Below are positions 1-14,600 of a stretch of DNA of 64,000 bases, piece by piece (within the stretch, counting starts at the first letter, position 1; every line of letters starts with the position of its first letter). The DNA is from Phoronis australis (lineage: Eukaryota; Animalia; Phoronida): assembly GCA_002633005.1 (NCBI GenBank), contig NMRA01000521.1:242234-306233 (forward strand), given 5' to 3'. The notes beneath the pieces were generated by a model that saw nothing but the letters and a program-made list of their open reading frames with translations, was not told the DNA's origin and made no database searches. The translations under genes and the position numbers were made by a program.

Positions 1-2336
1 ATTGATGTTATGCACCTAAAATTGTTTTTGAAAAACAAATACTATTTTCAGTGTTTAAACGATTAAATTCCTCGCTAAATCTCAGAATTTTAGAATAATC
101 GGCATAATTATACAAACTCTCCTTCCTAAATGGTCAAATCTGCTTTAAAAAGTACTGTAACTTGCAAATTATAATTAATAGCTTGCAGGGTACTGGATAG
201 AGGTAACTATTGCCGCAGTATAGTGATCCAATAGCGGAGGAGTCGAGGGTCACCAGGCCTCGCACATTCTTGGGGAAATAAAAGCCAAATAAAAACACAT
301 TCACTTAAGAAAACTGAAGTGTCTTTTACATTTACTTTCCAGCAATTGGTTCAGTGTTGACAGGGAAAATTTCGTATGATTGTGTTCAACTTAGTGCAAT
401 TCACCCATCCTCCATTGTCGCCGATTGGTGTCGCAAGTGTGTTAAAAATGATGATTGTTGTAGCTTAAGGAGAAATTACCGTGGTTACGGGCGAAAACGC
501 TTTTTGTGATTATTGTTGGATGGGATAGAGTTTTAAAAGATATTAGTTTTTACCAGTGATATAAAACAATAAAGGCCGTTGTGTTTTGGGGATTGATTGC
601 AAATCGACAATATTTACCGATATCTGCCAGACATTCGCTGAAACCAAGACCGGTGACTTGACCAGATAAATGTGATTGAAATACTCATTTATTTATGACT
701 TTGAGTGCAATTTGTATCGTCAGCAGAGGGTTAGATGCGATTGCGAAGCTTGTCGGTCCGGGGTTGATTTAAAATAATTACGCTTATCGCCGAAAATGTC
801 ACTTTAAATGTCCTACGTTCCATTGTGTAACATCGCCTGCCCCTCCCCCCTCCCCACTCCCAAACTGTCGTTGCCTTCCATTCAAAGTGTCCAATTGCCG
901 ACTGAACTTTTTGTTCAACACATTATTTTGCTGTGGAGTGTAGGTTGGTATTCTTAAAAAGTGGCTGAAAACATTTGATGAACTATCCCCTGTAAGCACA
1001 ACTGCACAGCCCGTTACATCTGCTTCTGATTACCCAAATATCGGGGCAAATTTTGAATTCCCTTCATGTTCCGCAGAAGCTGTTTATTTGCCCTTCGCCG
1101 ATTCCGGTCAGCAACCTTGATCTTGTCGAATTACATAAAAGCAGAGGGGTATCTACGGGTGGTTTCAGGACGTCCATGCCCCTCAGCAGAAGCTTCGGCT
1201 GTAGATCCTCCAGCGAAAATGCATACTGATCCTATGTTTACTACACATGTAACTGCGGAACTCGCTTTTCTATTACCTGGCTAAACAATACATGTATACC
1301 TAACCAGTGGCCAGTGTGTGTTTTGCCAACACGACAGTTAAAGCATAAAATATCTCTTGAAGTTTACGAGATAATTGTTTTGATTTAGACCACTTATAGT
1401 TGTGAAATTAGTTTCAGGTTTCATTTTCAAATATAAGGTAAATTCTGGGTTTGAAAAGAACTGACAGTCAGCTATTGCTTGATATGGTTCAACATGTTGG
1501 TTTCTCACAGCAGGCCAGATACTCCGATCCTGGTCTCAAGCAATAACCTGCTGCCAGGTCTTCTCAAGACCGGAAACCGTTTCTAATTTGAATAGCGAAC
1601 AATCAAACCATTTTACAACGGTAAGTGGTCTCAATCAAAAGTTCGTCTCTTGGGAGAAACACCGGTTATACGGGTGCTTGAACACCGGCCGATTTTTATA
1701 TTTACTTGAGTGTATTCCGTGGTGTATAGCCTTTTCCGTGATGTCGATAGCGTCGCGGGAACAATCTGTGAAGAATTAACTTATAATTTGGTTATAACTT
1801 AGACGCACATTGGAAAAACCACCGCGCTGTGTTTTGGTAACACGCTCTTATGGTCGCTATGACAACTTGCCCGGTGTCCGGTTTCTTTTAGACTCGTTTT
1901 AAAACAATTACATTTGTTGAGTTCGCAGATACAGTTCTTCAGACGGCTAGAGAGGATCTCAACTCGCGGGACAACAGTTGAGTAGGTGTGATTACCATCA
2001 CTCAAGGTTAGACCGCCACGTGCGCACCGTGAACCCCGTAAGGACCCGGCTGCGAACAGTTTTCACCTGTTGGAAGTCGTTTTGAACACCAAAGGCTTAC
2101 ACCTGGTCAGAAATTTTGGAAGAAAAACAGTTTCGCACAATACCGTAGCAAAAAAGCCAAATCGCGGTGGCAACGCCGATGCTCATTTACACCTGGAACA
2201 CAACCTGAAGGACGTGAGGCAAAATCAAAGCTTTGTTGGCTGGTCTTGCGCAGTTTGTCCCGTGAGTAGTTGGGTGTCACTGAAGATTTTTCACATATCA
2301 TTTAGTTGAGGTGACGTCGTCATAGTAAAGCAGACA

Positions 2337-2637
2337 ATGCAGCGACTTTATTCAACGCGAAGGACATGCAACTTGTTGATCCAAGTTCAATGTTCAGTTC
2401 TAGCCACAGTAGTGTTTCTCTTAATTGGACAAGTGAAGTGTGCCCAGGAGGGTGATATACAGCTTGTCGGCGGACCTTCTCGATATGAGGGCAATGTCTT
2501 CATCTACCATCTAGGATCGTGGGGGATAGTGTGTGATGACGATTGGTCTATTACCAACGCCAAGGTCGTTTGCCGACAGCTGTCGTACGGTTCTCCCACC
2601 AAGCACACAAAATACAACAAATATGGAACACTCAAGC
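2337..2637 (+). CDS. LOXL: LOXL coding exon 1: signal peptide and N-half of SRCR1
   Basis: ATG at 2337, hydrophobic stretch [15 protein letters not shown] motif [31 protein letters not shown]; donor C|GTAAGT at 2638 (phase 1). Confidence 0.9.
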
Positions 2638-5600
2638 GTAAGTTGTGTCTTTCGCTTTGTCAGGCTACCTGTTCTATCTGGCGGGCTCTGTCCTCTTCTA
2701 CTTGAGATTTTGCAAAATTTGATCTTGTAAAACACAATTTTTTTAAACATGTTACCTCTCGAGTTTACGCAAACGCACGCAGAAACACGTTCGCCCGCCG
2801 ACATTTCGTTCCAAACGCCTCCACAAAAGGCCTTGTTTTGTTCCCTATGGCTTATGTCAATACAATCAACCAAACATCAATGATATCCTTATTCGGTGCA
2901 AGAATGAATGAATAAACCTGTCAACCGTTTAAGTATTATGTAGACTTTTTTACCATAATGAATTAAAATTTACTCACGGTGCACCGTGTCTTCGTATGTA
3001 TAATCCTGATAATTGTTCTATGACAGTTCTTGAGTATACTGGGATGTGATGCGTGTATATGTAATGCGAAGGTGGCCGCGAGATCCCTTTAGCCACGAAG
3101 AGATAGAAAGTTGTATAAGATTGAATAGTTATCGTACAGGCCAATCTAATTAACACCTATCTCTAATGTTTACGTGGTATCCACTTGTTGATACCATCAA
3201 ACGATCCCACTGTTTTCATTGTTAATTACTAACAATCGCGTCTCGCGTATTCCCTCGGGAAAACGCGGAACACGTGAAGAACGTCACGAATTGAATACGA
3301 CAGTTAATTCGTTAATTTCCTTCTTTGGTTGAATACGTGTATATCAGCTGACTTCAACAAAGTTGCAGGTGCGTTTCACCTTGTTCACCGCCATTATCAA
3401 AGAGTCGCCAAGTCTTGGAAAGTTCTGAAAACGTGATTCGATTTTAATTTCTTCACGATGATAAAACTGGAATAAACCCCCGTCGTCCGCAAACGAAGTA
3501 AACGCTTGATTTAAACATATTACTTGGTCACGTGATGAGTGGTTTCTGGGCTGGGAGTGAACTTGCAAGTATTGCTTCTGAGTAATTCTGCATTTTAATT
3601 AAGACAGTCACTATACATTATCCGGCAGTCAAACCAAATGCACGTCAAAAGTCTCAAATACTTAAATCATTTTATGTTTTTTAACTGCTTCAAAGAATCA
3701 AATGAGTTCTTCAAATTCTTTCAAAGGGTTGTTCTACGAATGTCATTTATTTCAAAAGTAAATGTTAGGGTCAGGTTCTTGATGTTCAGGATCCAAATCT
3801 TTTATTGCACTCTTCTATTTCTGAGGTAGAAATGTTATGTGAGTACTGGAAACAATGGCGTGAAGTACATGTAGTTGTGGTAAACACGCACTAATTTCAG
3901 TTATCCTAATATTAATTTAAACATTTCAAAGTAAATTATAGCTTCCTATTTCAAAGACTTGGAAAATACATGTAATCTATTGAATTGAATGTCAAAAAAA
4001 CAATGTAGATTAAGGTTTAAAGTCCAGATAAGCTAGATCTCTAAAATACATGTTTCCCTGTTGCTCGAGACCTTGTTCTGTGCACGAAACGACCCGCAGT
4101 GACAAGCAAACTTGGCCCTCTATGAAGCACAAATAAACTACCGGTTCTTTCCAAGTAAAAAAATCTTTACGAAACTGAATAACAAAGAAGGTGAGCCCAA
4201 TTTTTCAGCAAGTGGTCTTAATCAAATGTTAATTAGTTTTTCGACTGAAGGCGAGTTTGTGGCAGTGTAAAAACTGGCCAAAACTTGTGAAAAACATAAC
4301 CCTTTCAAATGTTGTTTTTTTAAATTGAATAAACCTCCATGCTATCAAACTTCTCTAAGAAAGCCGCGAGCAATTTTCTCAAGGTCATGAGGTGATTAAA
4401 CAAGACTGACTGTTCCACCCACGTCCGGATGATATCGTATACGTAGAAAATGTGCAAAGGTACTTGTCGCGTGCCAGCGGGCGTTTGAGGTGTGCCCTTA
4501 ACAGCATTTCACGACCTGGAATTGACATAAAGCTGAAACGCAAGTTTGGGGTCACGAATATTTAAAATCAATGGGCTACTTTTGCTTGTACAGACTTGTG
4601 AAGTAACACACACTAGAGCCTCGTCGTCACGGTTACCTTGGGCTTCACCAACAGATTTCTACAACTCCAGCCGTCTTCAAAAGAAACGTTTGCCACGAAA
4701 TCAGATCAAAGTTCCCATGTATACAGTAATAGAAAATTTACTGCATTAAAGGAAATAAAACACTGACTAAAATGAATTTATACTTGTAAGTCGTTGACTA
4801 AAATTCACGATTTTTAATTTTTTGGGTTCTGACTTTTGAATTCCATGTGAAACGTTGCCGGCGTTAGGGTCATTTTGCCCGGAGAAATACAATAAAATTA
4901 GTCAAAATGAATGCTTCTCGTTTCGGTTCAGGTACCCAATGGTGAATGTTTCAGTAACCCCTTGAACCAGTATCGTGCAACAGAGATCATTCTCTCTCTC
5001 TCTCTGCTCAAATGCATGGACCCTAGTAATTAAAAGTAAAAACGTGAAACACAAAAAAGCTTTGTTTTCATGTTAACTCCAAATCAGTCACCCTTTCAAA
5101 AACTTTATTCTCAGTGATTGGATGCCCTTCGATGTGGATGCCCGGGTCTTCGGCTCGTGCCCCTCCCCCCTTACCATGGCAATTGGCCCACGGGTCGTGG
5201 TACCGACTGTAGTGCACGGGAAGGTTTAACAATAGACTAGATCGATATCTGGATCTACATGTACCCTCGATTTGCAACTGCTTTCGTTTCTACTTGAGTT
5301 GATACCAAACGGAAGGTTTTAATGCACCCTAGTAACGAGAGCAATGCTTTGCGTCATTCATTTTCCGTGCCAAGGTTATTTTCAACGTATGGATTAGGCA
5401 GATTAACCCCACACCCCTGTATCCCTACGGATACGACCAAAAGTCCGTTGGCAGTTGTCGCTTTTGGTATTTCCGCCGATACTTTTTATTCAGAAATTGT
5501 GGTTCACACTCTCCCACATTTTCACCATCCTAGTTCCGCCAATTAAAGCAATTCGTTCGTTTTAACCAAGTTAAATTGTACCAAAGTCCAGGGAACGGAA

Positions 5601-8600
5601 ATGGTGGGTGTGAAGTGTGTAACACGAAATCCGACTGTCGTTCAGCAACGGTCCGTCTAGCAACCGGGAGCAAATTCCGCGTCACATGTCGTCGATCAGT
5701 GTTTGGTGAACCCGACCTTTTTAATGTGTAAAATGCGGTTTTTCAATTATTTCCTAACTAGACGCTCAGAGCTAGATGATACCATGTGGACACAGCATTT
5801 CTATTCTGTGTAGGTCGTTGAGGATAGACGTGATATGTGTCGCGCAGTTGGGCCACTTCAAGGAACATTCGACAGCGCCTCATGTTACCGTTTGAAATCT
5901 AAATGAGATCAGTTAGGGATTGGGGATTGATACATATCCAAGGTCATCAATTATGATTTCATTGCCTGGCACTATTCCTTTTCAGAAAAAGAAAACCACA
6001 GTGGCATTTCAGGGACTCTCTGACTATTCAAAAGGTTCATGGTATCGAGTTACAACATGTTTATGCTCAACACAAAACTATCGATCTATCTATTTAACTT
6101 GTTGTATGTCTGTCTGTCGGTCGGTCGGTCTGTCTGTCTGCCTGTCTGTCTGTCTGTCTGTCGGTCTGTATGTATGTCAGTCTATCTATCTACCTATTTT
6201 TCGGACATGAATCCACTCATTCTGTTTAGTCTGCCTCTTTTTTATCCTTGTAACAGGCCCACTTTTACCGCCAAAACAAGAGCCAAAAATAAAAGTAGCG
6301 TGATGCCTGACTCATTCAATAGTAACCACGCTTCTTCAAAGTGAGTTAAAAACTCCAGACTAAACAACGAGGACTTCTGATATTTTTTCTTCTTTTGAAT
6401 GATGAAGCGTAACCGCAGCGAAACCGTAGCAGAGGTTACAACCAACTAAACGTAGCCTGACTTTGTCTACAGTCTCACTTAAAGCTAAAACTCGCGTTTT
6501 CTCACATTTTTTATAATTTAGACAATTACTTACCGTTATGAAATTGGTCTCAATTTAGACCTTACTCAAAATGAAGGAGATTCAAGGCTTCCAAAGAACA
6601 GTTAGTCATTGCTAGAAACCAAGCTTTACAGGTTGTCTTGTCATTTTATGCGCCGATCATCATGGTTTCTAAGAATCGTGGTCTCTCAGTGTTTTGGTAG
6701 GGGACGGGGCCCGGGATTTATTTTTTGTAGTCGAAATCAAACGCGAAAGTATTTTTTGACATTTTGTATTCTCATTTGTATGAACTGAAAAAAAGTGTCA
6801 GTAAGTCAATGATAGAGCTCGTTATAGTTTATGCAAATGGATTTCTAGTCCAAGTTCGCACTTGATGACCCCAAGGTTCGAGCAACAAACTCGGTAAAAA
6901 TTCCAGATTTAGAGTAAAGGGTCACCTGTCGCTCGAACTTTTGACCTCATTGCTGGGGTCATAATAGGGTTAGACACTAATCCACGTAGGCCATTGAGTA
7001 CTTACCTCAGGCCCGAAGCTCTCTTCCCATCTGAGTAAAGAACCACTGCAGTTGAGGCAAATTATATAGCGGTAAGTGATCCGAATCAAACGTGTGTTCA
7101 TAGTTGCTTTAAATAGCGTACTAAGGACAGTATCTCAAACAAATGGTGTAGCATATATATTTGACCCATTGTCAGAGAAGTATACATGTACTTTGCCCAA
7201 GTTAGTGTGTACGTTTGTATACTCCTATGCATGCATATGGCACTCAGCGTACGTTTGCATACTCCTATGCATTCATATGGCAGTATGGCACTCAGCGTAC
7301 CCAGACGCTTATGTCGAAATGTGTTTATGTCGAAAGCAACTTTTGTGCGCCTTTTAACTTTATGCTGTCCAAATATGCTGTTTGCTTTACATTCGCCAAC
7401 TTAGAACATAGTGTGAGTTTGTCAGTCAAAAGATATCACTGAAATATAAACTGCTAGTGTTTGTCTTATTTTGCATTAACTTTTAATTTTGTTTTGAAAA
7501 GTGGACAGGGTTTCCGCGGAAACCTGATAACATATGGCGGCAGTTGCATGAGTACCTATAATGCTCGAGACAGCTGTCACTCACTGTGACGGTCATTTTA
7601 GGTGGCGGTGAACCACCAAATATAAAATTTAACTAAAAGAGTCGTAAGTTAGAAAATATTTGGAACTGTGATGGATGGGCTTAAGTTTCGACTGAAATAA
7701 CTTGCGTTCAGGTCCATTTTCAATGAAGTTTTTAACTAAAATGAAGCGTAAAAAGTATCTTTAAAAGGTCACTTAACCCTGTTTGATTTTGTTTTTAGAC
7801 CAATCCTCGCTCTGACACCTGTTAGTGCACCTTTTTTGTCTGACTTGATTGATGAAAACAAGATTCAACTGAAAACTCTCATTCACTGTGTCACAGAATG
7901 GAAAGTCATGATTGCTCTTGAAGGGACGTGGTCTTTCCCTACAGGTGGCGTGTAACTCGCGGTTTAAAGCCTAGGTCATGGTTGCCCCATGAGATGACTC
8001 TGTAAGGTCTTTTCAATTTTTTCTCCAAACTCTTGAGGGTTGCTTAGCGTTGGTGGTTAGAGATTTGCATAGAGAATTCGTTGTCACTTAGTGATAATTG
8101 CGCAAAACCGGATTTGACATCCTTTTAAGGAGAAGGCTGGACCAGCGTTTCTTAAGTGTGAGATAAGTTACCCCTCTTTTATTTTGCCTTTAAATTGATA
8201 GACATCCCAACTGCAGTACAGACCTACAAAATTCACAATGGCGTTTAAATTTCAACCGAGAGGTGGTGCGTCATACAACGGTTCAATATACAAAATGCCA
8301 AAGGTACAGTGTATTATCAATGTTAAATCAAACGCAGTCTTCACAGCACACACCACAGCGTGGCAGCATGCAAAACTCAGCATCGCTGTTTTCGTTTGTA
8401 AACTGATATAAAAATAAGTCTGGATGGTGAAATTAGAGCTGACAAAATGTGTAGCGGTACTGTGTTGCCATGCCAAGTACAACGAGATCAATGTTCCTAA
8501 CGTGTTCATTGCTTGCGTGAAAGGCGCGTGTTGATGATGATCGCGACACGTATCGGTGTTTACTCGACAAGCCAGCTATACCAAAACGTTTGTTTCTGAA

Positions 8601-11600
8601 CTCACAAACAGCGCCACACGCGTGGATGCTGACGACCGATGGCAAACCCCTGTGTATCGCAATCCTGCAGCAGGAGAGAATGCTGTTTGGCAAGTGTTCG
8701 ATTCTTCTGCTCGGTGGATTTGTTCGTTCAAGACCCTATCATTGTCCAAGTTATAGACGTTGACTAGTGCCATAGCAGAAACTAGACGACTCCGGTTAAT
8801 TCTGGCTCGTGATTGGCCTTAGAAATTATGCCAATTAATTAAGTTTAGAAACAGAGACACGTTAGTTCTCTCTCGAAAAATTCTTTTTCAGTCTAAATTC
8901 TATGTCCGCCGGGTAATGCCAACACATGTATAAGCTCACTATGCAGGTATATTTCGCCTGTGTTAGTGGATTCGTTGTGAATGCGTCGCACATATAGCAA
9001 AGATTTTATAGATACCTCATATAGGACACCTATCAGGTTTGTCAATTCACGTTTCTTCACAAGTCGACCAGGAAATCGATACTTACAGCGCGGTGGAAAG
9101 GCGATGAATTTGGCAAGCGCGATGGCACCCACAAAGCAAATTCCACAGTTGCGTCATGGCGTTAATATTTGAGAGAGCTGGTTCTAGGAATTGAAAGCAA
9201 GCGACCCGCGTTTGAATAGACTCCGCTGGCCTTTTAGAAGTGGCGAATTTTACTTGCTTTTTGTTATCTGGTGCTGGGTTGTAAGAATGCGGGGTGAAGC
9301 GTTAAAGACTCAAGCTGTACACGAACGGTCCCCTTAGTGAATGACAAACAGTGGGAATGGAAGACTTAAAAGCAAAGTCTTTGATTGTAAAAAATCAAAG
9401 GCATTTTGCGCATTCTTTGTTCACCATAGACCCTTTGAAAACAAAGTTTGTTAGCCATAACCCTTTAATTTTTAAGACTTGTCCAATTATTAATCAAATA
9501 AAAATGCTATGCTGATTGATTTAATTAAACCCGAAACAAATGTTTTTAAAAAACAACAGCCTTCAGGTTATGTCAGCAAAATTGAATTTTACAAATTTGA
9601 GTGATCATACATGTATTCTCCAGGGGACATTACTTGCCTTTTGCTGGCTCCATTGTAGATATGTTTATTTCAACTCTACCTCTCATGGGCGGCGCACCAT
9701 AGGGGGCTGGGGGGCTATAGCCCTCTCTTATTTCAGTGCTGCGCCGCCCATGCCTCTTGCTCACATAATCAAATTTCACCAGCTGTTGCTCACACCATCT
9801 TACAACATTTTAATTTCTCAGTGACTGAAGAGTCTAAAATCTCCTGGTGAAAATATTTTAAATGTTGAGGAGTTGATTCCTTCAAGGGGTCACACGTACA
9901 TAGGTATGGGACCAGAGTATCGAGTAGTTGTGTCTAAGTCTTCGTTGAAACAAAAAATAAACAACGAAAGTCGAAAAACGAATAGAATCTGAAGTAGCAC
10001 GCTGTGGTGTATTTCATTGTTGGAGATGTCTTCTTCTTTGTAGGCGCAATGTTGTTTTATACCAGATGTTTGTTTTACTGCTAGTATCGCTATCGCGTCA
10101 CCATATTTGCCTATAAGCTACACAGGAGTTTGTTTTCGCATTTCAGGAAGAATATGGAAAGACAACGTGAAATGCGCTGGTGTGGAAACCAAGTTAACAA
10201 GTTGCCCTTCAAACCCCTGGGCGGTGCATAACTGCAACTCAAAGGTAGCAAAACGTCGCAGTCTAAGCCGCCTTCAGTTACAAAATCAACTTTTTATTTA
10301 GATCACTTGCTGTTCCAAACTCGGCATCAAATTTTCAAAATAGATGTGATTTCTGGACTTGAAAATTGTTGCCTGAGACAAGGTTGGGTACATTGACAGA
10401 ACACCGCGTGTCAGTATAGTAGTATTTGGAAGACCAAAAATTGCCTCTCACCTGACTAAGGAACACGCTTCGGCCAATTTTACACCGGAGGTTTAAAACA
10501 GGAGTGGGTGGTAGTACAACTAATGCCGCACCGTTTGAGCGACTTAACTTAGGGTAGTTACAGCATTGTGGGACATAACAAGATCGTCTGGCTTATGATG
10601 AGAGGACTCTGAGGCCGCTAAATTGGGCACCAGTTTTGTTCAACAGTGTTTGCATTACATGTGGTTTTGGCTATGCCCAGCTACAACACAAAGTTGGCAC
10701 TCTCGTTAAAATATCAATTATTGAACCTTTAGGAATGGGACAACAAATTGGTATTACTTGTTGACATGCATTAAAATCAAGAAGTCGGAATATTCCACGC
10801 TCTTAAAATGCATTGAATTTAGAAGAAATTTAACAGAACCAACAAAGTATTGCCTTGAAACCTAACCTGGAAGAGGATATATTGATCGTGAATCAAGGTA
10901 CTTCACCATTCTGTAAAACAATGTGTTCTCGAGATAAAAAGTGAGTTTAATTTCCCTTCAGCGTTTGTTACACGCTGATATTAGGTAAATGCTTATCTCA
11001 CAATTAAATAGATTGTTTTTGCCTCTTAAGTTTCGCGAAATGTGCATGCGTACGAGACCTTGATGAAATGTTAACAATGTGTACTAAAAGTGTTCTGCGT
11101 TAAAGGTATTCTGGTGTCCAATGTTTATTCCGTGTATAATGATAGCAACGTATGTGAATCGTGGTGGTAGGAAAATTGACAGACAGTCTTTTAATGCTTG
11201 AAACAAGTGCCAACAACGTGGCCTCACCTAGGTGGTCCTTAGGTGCGCCGAGCATAATCTCAATCAATAACGAACTGTCTGATTCAGCAGCCCATAAATC
11301 ACATCTTTTCCGAGTTAGGAACAACACGAGACTAGTAATATAGAGGCAAGTGTCATGAATAAAGAAGTTGATTATTTTTTGGCTGACATTTTAACACATT
11401 ACAAGCTGATTAGGACTTATGCTTTACTGTCAAACCGACATTGGTTGCCGGGTTCGGTCAAAATCATCCTACATTGTAGTTGAACGTGAACAAGAGTATA
11501 AACATGAACATGGCAGAATTAGATGCGCTGTAATTATTTTTGTTTCAACCAATTGCGCGGGTTCATGTTTTATGAATCCTGACCTTTTGTTTTCACTTTC

Positions 11601-14600
11601 CACGGAGTCTTACACACTTTTGCTGCATCACAGAAAATCCTTTCCTAATTTTCTCCAAGTGCTGTCCAAACCGAAATAAAGCAAATCCTGCGTGTGTGCA
11701 TCGCTGAAGAAGCACGGGTTCATTGTTGCCATTGGCTATTTATATTGTTATCTGCAACAAAGAACGGTTCTTCTGTTTCTCCACCGGCAAGGCAAGATAC
11801 AAGATTGGTAAGAGTTGGTTTCACTTTTAAGCATACCATAAATTGTACCATTTTGATAGCAGGGCTATTTGAACGGTTTAATTCCAGGAGGCGGCAGGAG
11901 TTAAATGTAGTCCACCCCACGAAAGCAACAGGGATGAGAATTCGCGGGGAATTTTTGAAAACGATTTGGTGCCCTTCGAGGACAGAGAGTCGCGCATTCG
12001 GACTTCTTCGAGCTTGGCTGCTTTGCTTTCTAGGGCTAGTCGTCCAAATGGAAATATTCCGGAAGCGATTGCAGCAATCTTACGGCAAAGATACTCGCAG
12101 AATGACGCCCGCGCGAGAACACCTCAAACCACGTCCGTGAATGCTGCGCGCAATCAGTGGGCTGAAACTGCTGTGACAGATGCAGAAACGTTGGCAGTGA
12201 GAACACCAGCAGCACGTAGAACGACAACAACGACGAAAGAAACACCAAAACCAACGACAACAGCGACGAAAACAACACCGAAACCGCCAATAACAGAGCC
12301 AACTACAACTCCGAAACCAACGACTACAGCAAAACCTATTGTTTCTGCTACTCCATCAACCACAACTCCGCCAAACTTTCGCGTCATAGATGTTAACACC
12401 TGGGTTAATGAGGGAACGTTCACCCTGAAGCCTCGGCCAACGTTCAAAACGTTCTCTGCTGATGACGTGCAGAATGAGATGAGCAAAATGGCTGACTCAG
12501 GAGAAGTAACCGAAGAGGTAAGTTCTTACTGTGTAAGTGATTCCCATGTGCATGTTCAGGATACCCAGAAGTAAAAAGGTGATGATAATGAGAGAGTGAC
12601 AGGGATACAAACGGAAGTTGCTGACCTTGTTGGTAATGCAATTGCAACATGGTGATAACGATGGTTAATTGGCTGTAGTGTAATGACGATAAGATGCTGA
12701 CCTTGGTGGTAGAGATGTGGTGGTGTTTGGGAGACGGTGCCGTGATGATTTTCATGATCTAATGGTAACAGAATGATAATGAGAGGTTGTTGTAGACTAT
12801 GGTGGTATAGGCGTGACTGCGAAACAATGCTGAAAGGCGATGGCACGGTGATTGCGATGGTTTGATGGTTGTGGGGTGATAATGAGAGGTTGTTGTTGAC
12901 TTTGATGATATAAGTATGATTGTCACTGGGAGATGACGGAGATGTGTGATGATAATAGGATCACTGTTTTTATGTTGGTGGTGATTAGCTTGTGGTGATG
13001 ATCAGATAGTGACTTGGAGATGGGGAGATGGTTACGGCGTGATGGTGATAATATTTGTTGACCTCGATTGTGAATAAGAAGGTGCGATTGTGAACGTAGC
13101 CATTGGATGTCACAATGGGTCAGTGATATGGATATATTTTGGCCTTGTTGACAAAGGGGTGATTATGAAGAGGTGCTAGATGTCTTTTATGATCGTGGTG
13201 TGATGGGGGTGATGGTGTTGATGACCATATTGTTCATGTATCTGGAAATGATGGCGATCTCGTGATGGTGCTTGAACGGACTTGGGATCAGAGGTGGTCA
13301 TGACGTAAGCCTACTCGTTCAGATTTGTATTGTAGTATACATTTTAAAATACACCATTGGACTTTATAAGGATAAACTGATATTTCATATCCACAAAGGC
13401 TTGTAAGATAGCTTTCATTCCGACCAGTGTGGCCAACAGACGTAGAGATAACTTCGTTCTAGTAGTGTATGAAGAAGTCACATGGTCAATTAACAGGTGA
13501 CATCTGTCCAAATCCAAGTGTTAGTTCACCCAGCAGACGATCGCTTGCCTAACACATTCTGTATTCTGGATCACGTGGATTTGTTTCCAATACAATGTAC
13601 GTCTGTGTTGTAGGATGCACAATCTTCGAGTCTTGGTATCCATAAAAAGGTCAATAGGGAATGGAAAATTGCTTCCTACTGTTTGAGGATGTTGATGGTC
13701 AAGGGTTAACGGCTGGAATGGTGGCTAGTATGATGATAGGGTGGTGGTGGTAGTGAGGACAGGTGATGGTGGTAAGGATAGGGCGACAATGTTGACGATG
13801 GAATGTTGTATAGTGATGCCATCACTCACATTTACTTATTTATTCTAGTACAAGTACGACGTACGCATAAAAGGAGGGCGTAATCTCAACGAAGGCCGTG
13901 TCGAAATATTTATCAACGACAAATGGCAAACGATCTGCGGTCAACAATGGGGCTTGTTTGAAACCATGGTGGTCTGTCGACAACTAGGACTCGGACACGC
14001 TAAAAATGCAGTTAAGGTACAGCATGCATCCATTTTACAAAACGCCAATAAGCGACTGACTTCAAAGTGCTCGTTCCACTCTTCCGGCCTAAGTCCATAA
14101 TGCAGTAAATTTTATTTACGTGGCGTGTAACCGTAGTTGTATACAAATGGTGCAACTTTATTTGGCAACTGGATTAATTTGAAAACACTACAAATACATA
14201 AAAATGTACGGATTGGTTAAGATGTTTAATGTCAATGAACTCTACTGGAAAGTGGTCAACAACTTACATTGCATATACGTTGTAACAACCAAGGGTCATA
14301 TTTTTCTCATTGCCTTAGCAATAAATGTCAGTTCTCAACCCATAACGCCATTTCTACTAAAACTCGTATGTATGGAGCTCGGTTATGGACGCTGCTGAAA
14401 CGGAAATTCTTTCCCTATTGCTGTAAAAGGGTTCTTGGGCTTAGCTATTGAACTTTACACAATTAAATGAGAATGCCACCCGATTAAATTAGTCTTTTTA
14501 CCGTCTTAATCGGTCTATTTCCACATCGCCTCTTATACGGTCGTCCTCACCTTGCCGAGAGGTGTCGCGTTAACCTATGGGTAAGGCGAGAAACCACTCA

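Noticed and set aside
10501-10552. Possible LOXL exon beginning EWVVV after an AG
   Set aside because: It lacks the SRCR-closing Cys and hits a stop; the exon at 11888 (EAAGVKC) completes the domain properly.
12154-12846. Val/Gly-rich and His-rich minus-strand ORFs
   Set aside because: Antisense shadows of the Thr/Pro-rich exon and of the GAT/GGT low-complexity intron sequence.
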